A stretch of 32,000 bases of DNA from Pseudomonas aeruginosa (GCF_001457615.1 NZ_LN831024.1:4260001-4292000), one strand, 5' to 3'. Positions 17,533 to 27,322 are shown, counted from the stretch's first letter. Numbers and translations: made by a program. The notes: generated by a model not told the origin, from the letters alone.

Positions 17533-17909
17533 CTATGACAAACCCCTTGCAAATTATGTCGTGCTTTATCGAAGCGCTCCTGCCTTATCTGCATGACTTC
17601 TTCATAAATGTACGATTTGGCGTTGTCGCCTTCAGCTTCCCGCTGGACTCCCTTGACCTTACGAGTCATCCGCTCGTAATCTTCCGGCCACAACGCTTGC
17701 TCCATGCGCAACGATGCCTGACCCAGCAAATGCAGCAGGCCGAACAGGCGCATATCGTTGGTGGCAACGATGTGTTCTCGAATCCACTCGTGGGTTACTC
17801 CGCAGGCCAGATGTGTTTCTGGCGTTGATGTGCTGTCATAGTCGGCTCGGAATCCCGCTTCTTTGGCGAGCTGTGCCCAGTGCTGGCCAATGCCTGGTGT
17901 TGGATGTAC
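17533..17909 (-). pseudogene. Degenerate accessory ORF (conserved-looking hypothetical)
   Basis: [26 protein letters not shown]...[88 protein letters not shown] stop interrupts the expected start. Confidence 0.4.
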
Positions 17910-18169
17910 TCATTTGCTCATCCACTTGCGCAGCAGGCGCTTTTTCAGGGACGCGCGTTCTTGCGGGTTGTGTCCCTTGAGGTTAGCGACACGATCTGCC
18001 GTAGCAGCCTGGCGTATGAGGGGCCAGTAGGAACGCCCATCCTTACGTGGCACCAGTGTTATTGACCTGACTTTCCAGTAGGGAGAGGTGGGCTGCTGGC
18101 CAACGTGGAGAGCTCGCTACGGCAGCTCGTGCGCCCGACGATGGGTGTTTTGCGGTGGTTGCGGCTCAT
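17910..18169 (-). pseudogene. Degenerate small ORF
   Basis: MSRNHRKTPIVGRTSCRSELS...* (18169-18059), then in another frame [48 protein letters not shown] ending at 17910. Confidence 0.4.
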
Positions 18170-18230
18170 AATGTGATTGTCTTCAAGAATATTCAGGACA
18201 GACTGTCAAGATAGAGCAGCGTCAACATGG

Positions 18231-18258
18231 AACAAGCCCCGTCGAAACGGGGCTTGTT
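18231..18258 (-). terminator. Terminator-like hairpin downstream of pyocin immunity gene
   Basis: AACAAGCCCCGT-CGAA-ACGGGGCTTGTT, 12-bp perfect stem. Confidence 0.75.
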
Positions 18259-18267
18259 GATGGCCAA

Positions 18268-18531
18268 CTAACCGGCCTTAAAGCCAGGAAGCCCCTTGGA
18301 AGCACGCCATTCTTTAACTTCCTTTACAACTCCAGCTGGGCTATCTTCTCTATTTTCGTTGGGGTAGTAAAGAAGGTCTGAGCCGCTTGGGTGTTCCGTT
18401 AGTTTTTTAAATTCAAGCACGGCTTGAATATGAGACTCCTCGGTAGGGAACTTTTTCTTATTGTTTGTGTATATGTCTTTAACAAACTCAAGAAACTCTT
18501 TTTCCGTATATTCGGAAATCTTGGACTTCAT
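18268..18531 (-). CDS. imm: Pyocin S1/S2-type immunity protein (Im2/E9-like, 87 aa)
   Basis: MKSKISEYTEKEFLEFVKDIYTNNKKKFPTEESHIQAVLEFKKLTEHPSGSDLLYYPNENREDSPAGVVKEVKEWRASKGLPGFKAG, the classic DNase-colicin immunity family. Confidence 0.95.
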   Translation of the reverse strand: MKSKISEYTEKEFLEFVKDIYTNNKKKFPTEESHIQAVLEFKKLTEHPSGSDLLYYPNENREDSPAGVVKEVKEWRASKGLPGFKAG

Positions 18532-18532
18532 A

Positions 18533-20389
18533 TCACTTCCCTCCCGTGTGGATTTCTATATGACGTTTTGGCGTTACTGCAACAAGGTTCCCCATATTGT
18601 AAACGCCGCCTCCATCTGCTATTCGAACCTTGTGGTGGATTTCGATCTTTATTCTCCCGCCAGCCTGTTCTGACTCTCTGACATAAGGAGCACCTCCATC
18701 TCTCATTACAGCTAAACTACCAGGATTAAACTGTTTACTTAACTCAGGATCATTAGCCACAGCTATCCAGAATTGTTCCCGAAAGTCCCGCCAGTTTTTG
18801 AATGTCTTACCACGTAGTTTATCCGCAATCTGGCTTGGAATTGGAGCCCCCTCACCTTGAGAGGCGGCGCCGAGCCAATTACCGCTGACGGGCTGTCCCT
18901 TGCCAGTCGCAGCACCAGGTACATCCCGCGGATCCCTGAACATCACATAGATCGGCTTGATCCCCGAGTCGGCCGGGAAGCCGATGATCAGATCATCCGG
19001 TAGCGTCATCACTCCTGGATAGGTTTCTGGTTTGGCCTTCACCGGTGTGAGGGTCGCCCCCTCATATACCGGCACCGGCTTCGGTACGACCGGAGTGGTA
19101 CTCGAAGGGTTCTGGTTTCCGGGAGGACTCGCCGGCGTCCAGGTCAGGATAAGCGGCGGTGCTTCTGCGACCGTAGAGGGAACCGTAACCTCGTACAGTC
19201 CTGTCGCGGTGTTATAGGCCGCCATCCGGACTGGAACGGCTTTCGGAACGCTCACACCATCGGTGCTGACCACCGAAAGGGTCGTCGTGCTGCCCCGTGC
19301 CTCGTTGGTCAGTCGCATCGGCAGATCGACGGTACCACCTGCTTTTGCAACCGCGTTCAGATTTACGCTTGAGGGAAGCCCCAGCTTGTTGGCATCCATG
19401 CCCAGGGCGTAACGAACGCTATCGGGCGTTTGGTCCTGCCATTGCTCGGCAGTCCGGGAGGAGTAGGTCAGACTGGCAAAGCCCACGGCCATCACCGAGG
19501 GTGCTGAAGCCAGGACCCGGCCCAGGACGGCAATCGCATCGGAGATCGCTTGAGCAAGGGATGCGGCGCCTTGTGCGACCTGGATCAGACCCCGGCCTGC
19601 GGCGGTGGCGACAACGCTGCCATTGGCCGGCATGGCATAGGTATTGGCAGCTCTTATCGCCGCTTGCTGGCGGGCCTGCTCTTCGGCTTTGCGTTTGGCC
19701 TCAGCCGCTGCTTGTTCACGCGCCTTGTTTGCTGCGGCCGCCTCAATACTTGCTTTGGCGGCGGTCAACGTATTCATGCGGATCTGGAGACTACTGATCG
19801 CTTCGGTGAAGAGTTTTACGTTATAAGCTGCCGTGAGACCTTCCATTTCCCTGTCGAGGAAGCGCATATAGGCTTCAGGCCCGTTAATATTGCCTTCTCG
19901 CACCGCTTGTTCACCGATCTCTTCCGCCGTACGGGTAAGGAAATTCTTTGCACCCAGGCTGGTAATCTTCTTCTGATTCAGCAGTAGTTTTTGATTCTTT
20001 TGCTGGAGGGCGTTTCCAACGATGGTCAGACTGCGGTTGATGACGTCCAATGGTGCAAGATTCTTTGCCGGACCAAGAGCGGCATCAGCCTTATCCAGCT
20101 CGGCTTGTACCGACGCCTCAAGTTTTTTCTCGGCATCTCGGAACTGAAGCTCGATCTCCCTGCGTTTTTCTTTAACCTGAAGAGGAACATAGCGTCTGGG
20201 GTCAACGCCCAGATCAGCATAACTTTCAAACTCTTGCCAGCCATTTTCAGTGGACGAATCCAAGCCGTGCTCTATAGGTCTGGCAATGGGGCCAATGCCG
20301 GTACCTCCCCCAGGGCCGTAATAAACGTCTCCGCTTGCCGTGACAGTTGTAGAGTTGAAGTGGATAAGGTCAGCAATGGGTCGTGCCAT
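18533..20389 (-). CDS. pys1: Pyocin S1 (HNH DNase bacteriocin, 618 aa)
   Basis: S1-like N-terminus MARPIADLIHFNSTTVTASGDVYYGPGGG...; shared S1/S2 translocation domain AAIRAANTYAMPANGSVVATAAGRGL; C-terminal HNH DNase IKIEIHHKVRIADGGGVYNMGNLVAVTPKRHIEIH. Confidence 0.9.
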   Translation of the reverse strand: MARPIADLIHFNSTTVTASGDVYYGPGGGTGIGPIARPIEHGLDSSTENGWQEFESYADLGVDPRRYVPLQVKEKRREIELQFRDAEKKLEASVQAELDKADAALGPAKNLAPLDVINRSLTIVGNALQQKNQKLLLNQKKITSLGAKNFLTRTAEEIGEQAVREGNINGPEAYMRFLDREMEGLTAAYNVKLFTEAISSLQIRMNTLTAAKASIEAAAANKAREQAAAEAKRKAEEQARQQAAIRAANTYAMPANGSVVATAAGRGLIQVAQGAASLAQAISDAIAVLGRVLASAPSVMAVGFASLTYSSRTAEQWQDQTPDSVRYALGMDANKLGLPSSVNLNAVAKAGGTVDLPMRLTNEARGSTTTLSVVSTDGVSVPKAVPVRMAAYNTATGLYEVTVPSTVAEAPPLILTWTPASPPGNQNPSSTTPVVPKPVPVYEGATLTPVKAKPETYPGVMTLPDDLIIGFPADSGIKPIYVMFRDPRDVPGAATGKGQPVSGNWLGAASQGEGAPIPSQIADKLRGKTFKNWRDFREQFWIAVANDPELSKQFNPGSLAVMRDGGAPYVRESEQAGGRIKIEIHHKVRIADGGGVYNMGNLVAVTPKRHIEIHTGGK

Positions 20390-20465
20390 ATGTATCTCCT
20401 ACTTCCATGAGTGCATGGCTTATTATTTACGTCGAATTAGACTTTTTAAACGCCCCTTGCCAAAT

Positions 20466-20507
20466 GAACGCCAATACACTGGAAATACACAGCAATCAAA
20501 CTGCAAT
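20466..20507 (-). promoter_or_regulatory. P-box (PrtN activator site) of the pyocin promoter
   Basis: Minus strand: ATTGCAGTTTG ATTGCTGTGT ATTTCCAGTGT ATTGGCGTTC, four tandem 10-11 bp copies matching ATTGnn(n)GTnn(n), about 77 bp upstream of the start codon. Confidence 0.85.
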
Positions 20508-20886
20508 ATCCCGTATCCAATGACCCAGAAGGCCCATCCTTGGCCATTCCCTTCTACGAAACGACCTCGTTTGCGCATGCGCCCATCCAGCGGTCATTTT
20601 CTGCACGAAAACCTCATCTACCCCTGCCAGTCACGGAAGCCGCATACCTTCGGTTCATTAACGAAGTCCCACCTTCAAAATTCATCCATGCCGCCCCTTC
20701 GCGAGCTTCCGGACAAAGCCACGCTGATTGCGAGCCCAGCGTTTTTGATTGCAAGCCGCTGCACCTGGTTAGGCCATTTCCGCAGCGCATGAAGTCCTGG
20801 CCGATATACCGGCAGGGCCAGCCATCGTTCGACGAATAAAGCCACCTCAGCCATGATGCCCTTTCCATCCCCAGCGGAACCCCGAC

Positions 20887-21255
20887 ATGGACGCCAAAGC
20901 CCTGCTCCTCGGCAGCCTCTGCCTGGCCGCTCCATTCGCCGACGCGGCGACGCTCGACAATGCCCTCTCCGCCTGCCTCGCCGCCCGGCTCGGTGCACCG
21001 CACACGGCGGAGGGCCAGTTGCACCTGCCACTCACCCTTGAGGCCCGGCGCTCCACCGGCGAATGCGGCTGTACCTCAGCGCTGGTGCGATATCGACTGC
21101 TGGCCATGCATGCCAATGCGAAGGCACAGGTCCTTCAGGAAGGTCTGCTCGACGGTCGCTACGAAGGCGCCCGTACCCTAACGCTGGCAGCGGATGCGCA
21201 ACTGGCGGCCGACAGCACGCTCGTGGTACGTCTTGGTTGCGCCGTCGCCGAATGA
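20887..21255 (+). CDS. Small exported hypothetical protein (122 aa, DUF2195-like)
   Basis: Signal-peptide-like MDAKALLLGSLCLAAPFADA, then a Cys-containing mature domain; immediately upstream of the next gene. Confidence 0.6.
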   Translation: MDAKALLLGSLCLAAPFADAATLDNALSACLAARLGAPHTAEGQLHLPLTLEARRSTGECGCTSALVRYRLLAMHANAKAQVLQEGLLDGRYEGARTLTLAADAQLAADSTLVVRLGCAVAE

Positions 21256-21282
21256 CCATCCACCGACCCAGCGAGGTTCGCG

Positions 21283-22062
21283 ATGCACCTGCTTTACCCC
21301 TCCGCCCCCGACCGCAGCAACGCGGTCGATGAACTCTTCGCCGAGGAATATGACGCGGCCCGTTCGGCAGGCTTGGCCTGTTCGCTGTTCTGCGACGAGG
21401 AACTGGAGAGTGGACGCTTTCGCGCCCGCCCGGAGTTTCCGGCAAACCCCAAGGTGCTGTATCGCGGCTGGATGCTCACACCGGAAAACTACGCTCGCCT
21501 GCACGGCGCGATTCTCGTCGCTGGCGGACGGCCCCTGACCAGTCCACAGCAATATCGGCACTGCCATTACTTGCCGGAGTGGTATCCGCTCTGTGAGGAC
21601 CTCACGCCGGCGACCCTGTTCCTGTCCAGGAACGCCGACTTCGAGACAGTGTTGGCGCAAAGCCCGTGGCGCGCCTGGTTCGTCAAGGACCATGTGAAAT
21701 CCCTGACCACCCAGCGCGGCTCGAAGGCCACCAATGCTGCGGAAGTGCGGGAAGTCCTCGATTCGATCGAGCGTTATCGAGGCACCATCGAAGGCGGTGT
21801 ATGCCTTCGGGAGTTCGAGGCGCTGCGTGCGGAAACCGAGGAACGCTACTTCGTTCTTCACGGCCGCGCTCACGGGCGTCTCGATACCGTCCCGCCGCTA
21901 GTGGAACAGGTGGCACAACGTATCGATTGCCCGTTCTTTTCCGTCGACGTGGTCGAGTCGGCCAGTGGCGAGTTGCGCCTGATGGAACTCGGCGATGGCC
22001 AGGTCTCCGACCGCAAGCAATGGCCCGCCGCACGCTTCGCGGCGATGCTGGCACAGGCATAG
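21283..22062 (+). CDS. ATP-grasp-like domain protein (259 aa)
   Basis: PWRAWFVKDHVKSLTTQRGSKA... and FFSVDVVESASGELRLMELGDGQVSDRKQW, consistent with ATP-grasp proteins. Confidence 0.65.
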   Translation: MHLLYPSAPDRSNAVDELFAEEYDAARSAGLACSLFCDEELESGRFRARPEFPANPKVLYRGWMLTPENYARLHGAILVAGGRPLTSPQQYRHCHYLPEWYPLCEDLTPATLFLSRNADFETVLAQSPWRAWFVKDHVKSLTTQRGSKATNAAEVREVLDSIERYRGTIEGGVCLREFEALRAETEERYFVLHGRAHGRLDTVPPLVEQVAQRIDCPFFSVDVVESASGELRLMELGDGQVSDRKQWPAARFAAMLAQA

Positions 22063-22372
22063 TCGGAACCGCTGCAATCCCAACCCGACCAAGCTCCCCT
22101 TGATCGATCCTGAGGGAGCTCGTCACTCGCCCAGTGCCTCGACCAATTACTCTCATCCAAAGCCCAAGAACGGTTGTCCATCCCCTCGCCCATGGATATT
22201 TCTTCCACTCTGCAATCCAGTTCATAAATCCCATAAAAGCCCTCTTCCGCTCCCCGCCAGCCTCCCCGCATCCCGCACCCTAGACGCCCCGCCGCTCTCC
22301 GCCGGCTCGCCCGACAAGAAAAACCAACCGCTCGATCAGCCTCATCCTTCACCCATCACAGGAGCCATCGCG

Positions 22373-24289
22373 ATGCACCTGACACCCCATTGGATCCCCC
22401 TGGTCGCCAGCCTCGGCCTGCTCGCCGGCGGCTCGTCCGCGTCCGCCGCCGAGGAAGCCTTCGACCTCTGGAACGAATGCGCCAAAGCCTGCGTGCTCGA
22501 CCTCAAGGACGGCGTGCGTTCCAGCCGCATGAGCGTCGACCCGGCCATCGCCGACACCAACGGCCAGGGCGTGCTGCACTACTCCATGGTCCTGGAGGGC
22601 GGCAACGACGCGCTCAAGCTGGCCATCGACAACGCCCTCAGCATCACCAGCGACGGCCTGACCATCCGCCTCGAAGGCGGCGTCGAGCCGAACAAGCCGG
22701 TGCGCTACAGCTACACGCGCCAGGCGCGCGGCAGTTGGTCGCTGAACTGGCTGGTGCCGATCGGCCACGAGAAGCCTTCGAACATCAAGGTGTTCATCCA
22801 CGAACTGAACGCCGGTAACCAGCTCAGCCACATGTCGCCGATCTACACCATCGAGATGGGCGACGAGTTGCTGGCGAAGCTGGCGCGCGATGCCACCTTC
22901 TTCGTCAGGGCGCACGAGAGCAACGAGATGCAGCCGACGCTCGCCATCAGCCATGCCGGGGTCAGCGTGGTCATGGCCCAGGCCCAGCCGCGCCGGGAAA
23001 AGCGCTGGAGCGAATGGGCCAGCGGCAAGGTGTTGTGCCTGCTCGACCCGCTGGACGGGGTCTACAACTACCTCGCCCAGCAGCGCTGCAACCTCGACGA
23101 TACCTGGGAAGGCAAGATCTACCGGGTGCTCGCCGGCAACCCGGCGAAGCATGACCTGGACATCAAGCCCACGGTCATCAGTCATCGCCTGCACTTCCCC
23201 GAAGGCGGCAGCCTGGCCGCGCTGACCGCGCACCAGGCCTGCCACCTGCCGCTGGAGACTTTCACCCGTCATCGCCAGCCGCGCGGCTGGGAACAACTGG
23301 AGCAGTGCGGCTATCCGGTGCAGCGGCTGGTCGCCCTCTACCTGGCGGCGCGACTGTCGTGGAACCAGGTCGACCAAGTGATCCGCAACGCCCTGGCCAG
23401 CCCCGGCAGCGGCGGCGACCTGGGCGAAGCGATCCGCGAGCAGCCGGAGCAGGCCCGTCTGGCCCTGACCCTGGCCGCCGCCGAGAGCGAGCGCTTCGTC
23501 CGGCAGGGCACAGGCAACGACGAGGCCGGCGCGGCCAGCGCCGACGTGGTGAGCCTGACCTGCCCGGTCGCCGCCGGTGAATGCGCGGGCCCGGCGGACA
23601 GCGGCGACGCCCTGCTGGAGCGCAACTATCCCACTGGCGCGGAGTTCCTCGGCGACGGCGGCGACATCAGCTTCAGCACCCGCGGCACGCAGAACTGGAC
23701 GGTGGAGCGGCTGCTCCAGGCGCACCGCCAACTGGAGGAGCGCGGCTATGTGTTCGTCGGCTACCACGGCACCTTCCTCGAAGCGGCGCAAAGCATCGTC
23801 TTCGGCGGGGTGCGCGCGCGCAGCCAGGACCTCGACGCGATCTGGCGCGGTTTCTATATCGCCGGCGATCCGGCGCTGGCCTACGGCTACGCCCAGGACC
23901 AGGAACCCGACGCGCGCGGCCGGATCCGCAACGGTGCCCTGCTGCGGGTCTATGTGCCGCGCTCGAGTCTGCCGGGCTTCTACCGCACCGGCCTGACCCT
24001 GGCCGCGCCGGAGGCGGCGGGCGAGGTCGAACGGCTGATCGGCCATCCGCTGCCGCTGCGCCTGGACGCCATCACCGGCCCCGAGGAGGAAGGCGGGCGC
24101 CTGGAGACCATTCTCGGCTGGCCGCTGGCCGAGCGCACCGTGGTGATTCCCTCGGCGATCCCCACCGACCCGCGCAACGTCGGCGGCGACCTCGACCCGT
24201 CCAGCATCCCCGACAAGGAACAGGCGATCAGCGCCCTGCCGGACTACGCCAGCCAGCCCGGCAAACCGCCGCGCGAGGACCTGAAGTAA
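22373..24289 (+). CDS. toxA: Exotoxin A (ADP-ribosyltransferase toxin, 638 aa)
   Basis: Signal peptide MHLTPHWIPLVASLGLLAGGSSASA, mature AEEAFDLWNECAKAC..., catalytic YVFVGYHGTFLEAAQSIVFGG and C-terminal REDLK. Confidence 0.98.
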   Translation: MHLTPHWIPLVASLGLLAGGSSASAAEEAFDLWNECAKACVLDLKDGVRSSRMSVDPAIADTNGQGVLHYSMVLEGGNDALKLAIDNALSITSDGLTIRLEGGVEPNKPVRYSYTRQARGSWSLNWLVPIGHEKPSNIKVFIHELNAGNQLSHMSPIYTIEMGDELLAKLARDATFFVRAHESNEMQPTLAISHAGVSVVMAQAQPRREKRWSEWASGKVLCLLDPLDGVYNYLAQQRCNLDDTWEGKIYRVLAGNPAKHDLDIKPTVISHRLHFPEGGSLAALTAHQACHLPLETFTRHRQPRGWEQLEQCGYPVQRLVALYLAARLSWNQVDQVIRNALASPGSGGDLGEAIREQPEQARLALTLAAAESERFVRQGTGNDEAGAASADVVSLTCPVAAGECAGPADSGDALLERNYPTGAEFLGDGGDISFSTRGTQNWTVERLLQAHRQLEERGYVFVGYHGTFLEAAQSIVFGGVRARSQDLDAIWRGFYIAGDPALAYGYAQDQEPDARGRIRNGALLRVYVPRSSLPGFYRTGLTLAAPEAAGEVERLIGHPLPLRLDAITGPEEEGGRLETILGWPLAERTVVIPSAIPTDPRNVGGDLDPSSIPDKEQAISALPDYASQPGKPPREDLK

Positions 24290-24300
24290 CTGCCGCGACC

Positions 24301-24331
24301 GGCCGGCTCCCTTCGCAGGAGCCGGCCTTCT
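24301..24331 (+). terminator. toxA terminator
   Basis: GGCCGGCTCC-CTTCGCA-GGAGCCGGCC followed by TTCT. Confidence 0.85.
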
Positions 24332-24548
24332 CGGGGCCTGGCCATACATCAGGTTTTCCTGATGCCAGCCCAATCGAATATGAATTCATCCTGATAGGTA
24401 ATCCGCCTAACCTGCGTCTGCCACGCTTTCGCTCGTCCCGGAAGCGGCCATAACAATTCCAATAGCCGACGAGGACTCTCCATGCTCACCCATCGCATCG
24501 GTGGCATCCGCCTTTCCCCTTCCCCGCAGCGCTCGCCCGGAGACCGCC

Positions 24549-26039
24549 ATGACTGATCTCCGCGATACCTCCCGCGACGAACGCCTGCTGGCGGCCCACG
24601 GCTATCGCCAGGAACTGGAGCGCGGGCTGAGCCTGTGGTCGTCCTTTTCCGTCGGCTTCGCTACCATCTCGCCGGTGGTGGGCATCTACTCGGTGATGTC
24701 CCTCGGCGCCATGAGCATGGGCCCCTCCTGGGTCTGGGTGGTGCCGCTGTGCCTGCTGCTGCAGTTCGGCGTGGCGCTGGTCTACGCCGAGCTGTCCTCG
24801 CAGTTTCCGCTGGCCGGCGGCTGCTACCAGTGGGTGCGGCGCCTGGTGGGCGACCGCCTGGCCTGGTTCACCGGCTTCCTCTACCTGGCTTCGGCGCTGG
24901 CCTCGCTGACTACCGTGGCCTACCTCGGTGGCTTCTGGCTCGGCCTGCTGGCGACCGGCGCGCCGCCGTCGGCCAACGGCCAGGTGCTCTGCGGCGCGCT
25001 GCTGCTGGCGCTGGGACTGGCGGTGAACCTGCTGGGGATCAACCCGTTGAAGTACTTCGTCAATGCCGGGATCGTCGCCGAGGCCATCGCCTCCATCGGT
25101 ATCGGCGTGCTGTTGCTGCTGTTCTTCCGCAACCATCCGCTCGATCTGCTGTTCAGCGGCCCGGGCGGCACAGGCGATGCGGACGGTTCCTACCTGGACG
25201 GCGTGCTGACCGCGCTGGCGGTGGGCGGCTGGGCTTTCCTCGGCTTCGACGCCTGCTCGCAGATTTCCGAGGAAACCACCGATGCCCGCGTCTCCACTCC
25301 CCGGGCGATCCTGCGCTCGATGCTGGTGGTGGGATTCACCGTGATGCTCACCGCCTTCGCCGTGACCCTGTCCTACCAGGACATCGGCGCGGTGGTCAGC
25401 GGCCAGGTGGTCGACCCGGTCACCCCGGCGGTGGTGGACGCCTTCGGCGCCTGGGCCGAGCGGCCCTTCGTCGCAGTGGTGCTGATCGCCTTCGTCGCCT
25501 GCGTGGTGTCGGTGCAGACCTACATCGGCCGGGCGATCTTCGGCATGGCGCGCGACGCCATCCTGCCCGGCTCCGCCCTGCTGCGCCGGGTCGACCGGCG
25601 CAAGGTGCCGATGGCGGCGATGGTCTGCAGCACGCTGCTGGCCAGCCTCGGCCTGGCCCTGGGGCTGAACGCCACGGCGGTCGGCACGCTGATCGCGTTC
25701 GGCAGCGGCGGTTTCTTCGTGGTCTTCCTGATCGTCGCCGCCTGCGCTCTCTGGGCCCGCCTCGTCGGCCGCTGGGACCCGGACAAGGGCGCCTTGCGCC
25801 TGGGGCGCGCGGGGCTGGCGGTGAACGTCCTGGCAGTCGCCTGGCTGTCTTTCGAGGCGCTCAACGTCGCCTGGCCGCGGGCCAGCCTCGCCCCGCCCGA
25901 CGCGCCCTGGTTCCAGGTCTGGGCGGTGGTCGTGGTGTTCTCCGCGCTGGCCGCGTTCGGCCTGCTCTACATGGTCATCGCCAAGCCGCATCGGCGCATC
26001 GCCACCAGCCTCAGCTTCGCCGCTCCGCCGGCGGACTGA
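24549..26039 (+). CDS. APC-family amino acid permease
   Basis: ORF with about 12 hydrophobic segments: GYRQELERGLSLWSSFSVGFATISPVVGIYSV...; typical amino acid/choline permease N-terminus. Confidence 0.88.
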   Translation: MTDLRDTSRDERLLAAHGYRQELERGLSLWSSFSVGFATISPVVGIYSVMSLGAMSMGPSWVWVVPLCLLLQFGVALVYAELSSQFPLAGGCYQWVRRLVGDRLAWFTGFLYLASALASLTTVAYLGGFWLGLLATGAPPSANGQVLCGALLLALGLAVNLLGINPLKYFVNAGIVAEAIASIGIGVLLLLFFRNHPLDLLFSGPGGTGDADGSYLDGVLTALAVGGWAFLGFDACSQISEETTDARVSTPRAILRSMLVVGFTVMLTAFAVTLSYQDIGAVVSGQVVDPVTPAVVDAFGAWAERPFVAVVLIAFVACVVSVQTYIGRAIFGMARDAILPGSALLRRVDRRKVPMAAMVCSTLLASLGLALGLNATAVGTLIAFGSGGFFVVFLIVAACALWARLVGRWDPDKGALRLGRAGLAVNVLAVAWLSFEALNVAWPRASLAPPDAPWFQVWAVVVVFSALAAFGLLYMVIAKPHRRIATSLSFAAPPAD

Positions 26040-26140
26040 CCCGCACGCGCCGGCCGTTCCGGCGCCTCCTCCGGTTGTTCCCGCACGCTGGCTTCGCGCC
26101 CGGCGGGGCCCGGCTCATCCTGCTTTCACGGAGCATCGCC

Positions 26141-27322
26141 ATGAGCGACCTGCATTACTGGAACTACCCCACCGATATCCTCTGCGGCGTCGGCGCCCTG
26201 GAACAACTGCCGAGGCGTTGCGCGCTGGCGGGCGCACGCCGGCCCCTGCTGGTCACCGATCCCGGCATGCTCGCCCTGGAGCCCCTGCGCCTGGTGCGCG
26301 AGTGCCTGGAACGCGCCGGCATCGACCATGACCTGTTCCACGAACTGTCGAGCAACCCCAGCCTCGCTGAAGTCCACGGCGGCGCCAGGCGCTTCGAGGC
26401 TGGCGGGCATGACGCGCTGATCGCTCTCGGCGGCGGCAGCGCCCTCGACGCGGCCAAGGGAATCGCCCTGCTAAGCCGCGATCCGCACGGCCTCGAACGC
26501 TTCGAATGGACACAGACGCTGCGCAGCTATCCGACCCTCGCCGACTACCCGCTGCTCGGCCTGCCGCCGCTGCTGGCGCTTCCCACGACCGCCGGCACCG
26601 GCTCGGAACTGGGACGCGAGGCGGTGCTGACCGACACGCAACTGGGCATCAAGCGGGTCGTCGGCCACCGCGAGCTGCTGGCCGCCTGCGTATTCCTCGA
26701 CCCGCGCCTGACCCGCGGGTTGCCGCCGGCGCTGAGCGCCGCCACCGGCATGGACGCCCTCACCCATCACCTGGAGGCGCTGTTCTCGCCGCTCTACCAT
26801 CCGATGTCGGCGGGCATCGCCCTGGAAGGCGTGCGCCTGGTCAGGCAGCACCTGGAAAACGCCGTGCGCGACGGCAACGACCTCGCCGCCCGGGAAGGCA
26901 TGCTGGTAGCCTCGGCCAGCGCCGCAGTGGCATTCCAGAAGGGGCTTGGCGGGGTCCACGCCCTGGCCCACCCGCTGGGCGCTCGCCATCACCTGCACCA
27001 CGGCCTGCTGAACGCCGTGCTGCTGCCCTACGTTCTGCTGGCCAACCGCCCGGCGGTAGAAGCCGACGCCGCGCGCCTGGCGCGCTACCTGGAACTCGAC
27101 GAAGCGAGCTTCGACGGCCTGCTGGCGTGGATCCTCGAACTGCGCGCGCGCATCGGCATCCCGGCGAACCTCGCCGCCCTCGGCCTGGATGGCGAGGACG
27201 CGCAATGGGTGGGCGAGCAGGCGCTGGCCGACCTGTCGTCCTCGGCGACCAACGCCCTGCCGCTCGATGCCCGGGATTATGCGCGCATCTACCGCCAGGC
27301 GGTGGCCGGGACTCTCGCCTGA
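26141..27322 (+). CDS. Iron-containing alcohol dehydrogenase
   Basis: MSDLHYWNYPTDILCGVGALEQLP..., ALGGGSALDAAKG, GTGSELGREAV, GGVHALAHPLGARHHLHHGL metal-binding region. Confidence 0.9.
   Translation: MSDLHYWNYPTDILCGVGALEQLPRRCALAGARRPLLVTDPGMLALEPLRLVRECLERAGIDHDLFHELSSNPSLAEVHGGARRFEAGGHDALIALGGGSALDAAKGIALLSRDPHGLERFEWTQTLRSYPTLADYPLLGLPPLLALPTTAGTGSELGREAVLTDTQLGIKRVVGHRELLAACVFLDPRLTRGLPPALSAATGMDALTHHLEALFSPLYHPMSAGIALEGVRLVRQHLENAVRDGNDLAAREGMLVASASAAVAFQKGLGGVHALAHPLGARHHLHHGLLNAVLLPYVLLANRPAVEADAARLARYLELDEASFDGLLAWILELRARIGIPANLAALGLDGEDAQWVGEQALADLSSSATNALPLDARDYARIYRQAVAGTLA

Noticed and set aside
17409-17753. Considered as a transposase fragment
   Set aside because: No terminal inverted repeats, target duplication or recognisable DDE/HUH motif; better treated as a decayed accessory ORF fused out of frame with the toxin tail.
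20540-20839. 99-aa plus-strand ORF and opposing 136-aa minus ORF
   Set aside because: Neither has a recognised domain, clear SD or coherent composition; not supportable as a gene from sequence alone.
22349-24373. 674-aa minus-strand ORF opposite toxA
   Set aside because: Antisense artefact of high GC; toxA is certain.
24635-27322. 895-aa plus-strand ORF
   Set aside because: The first half is a shadow of the permease frame. Only the portion from 26141 is the Fe-alcohol dehydrogenase.
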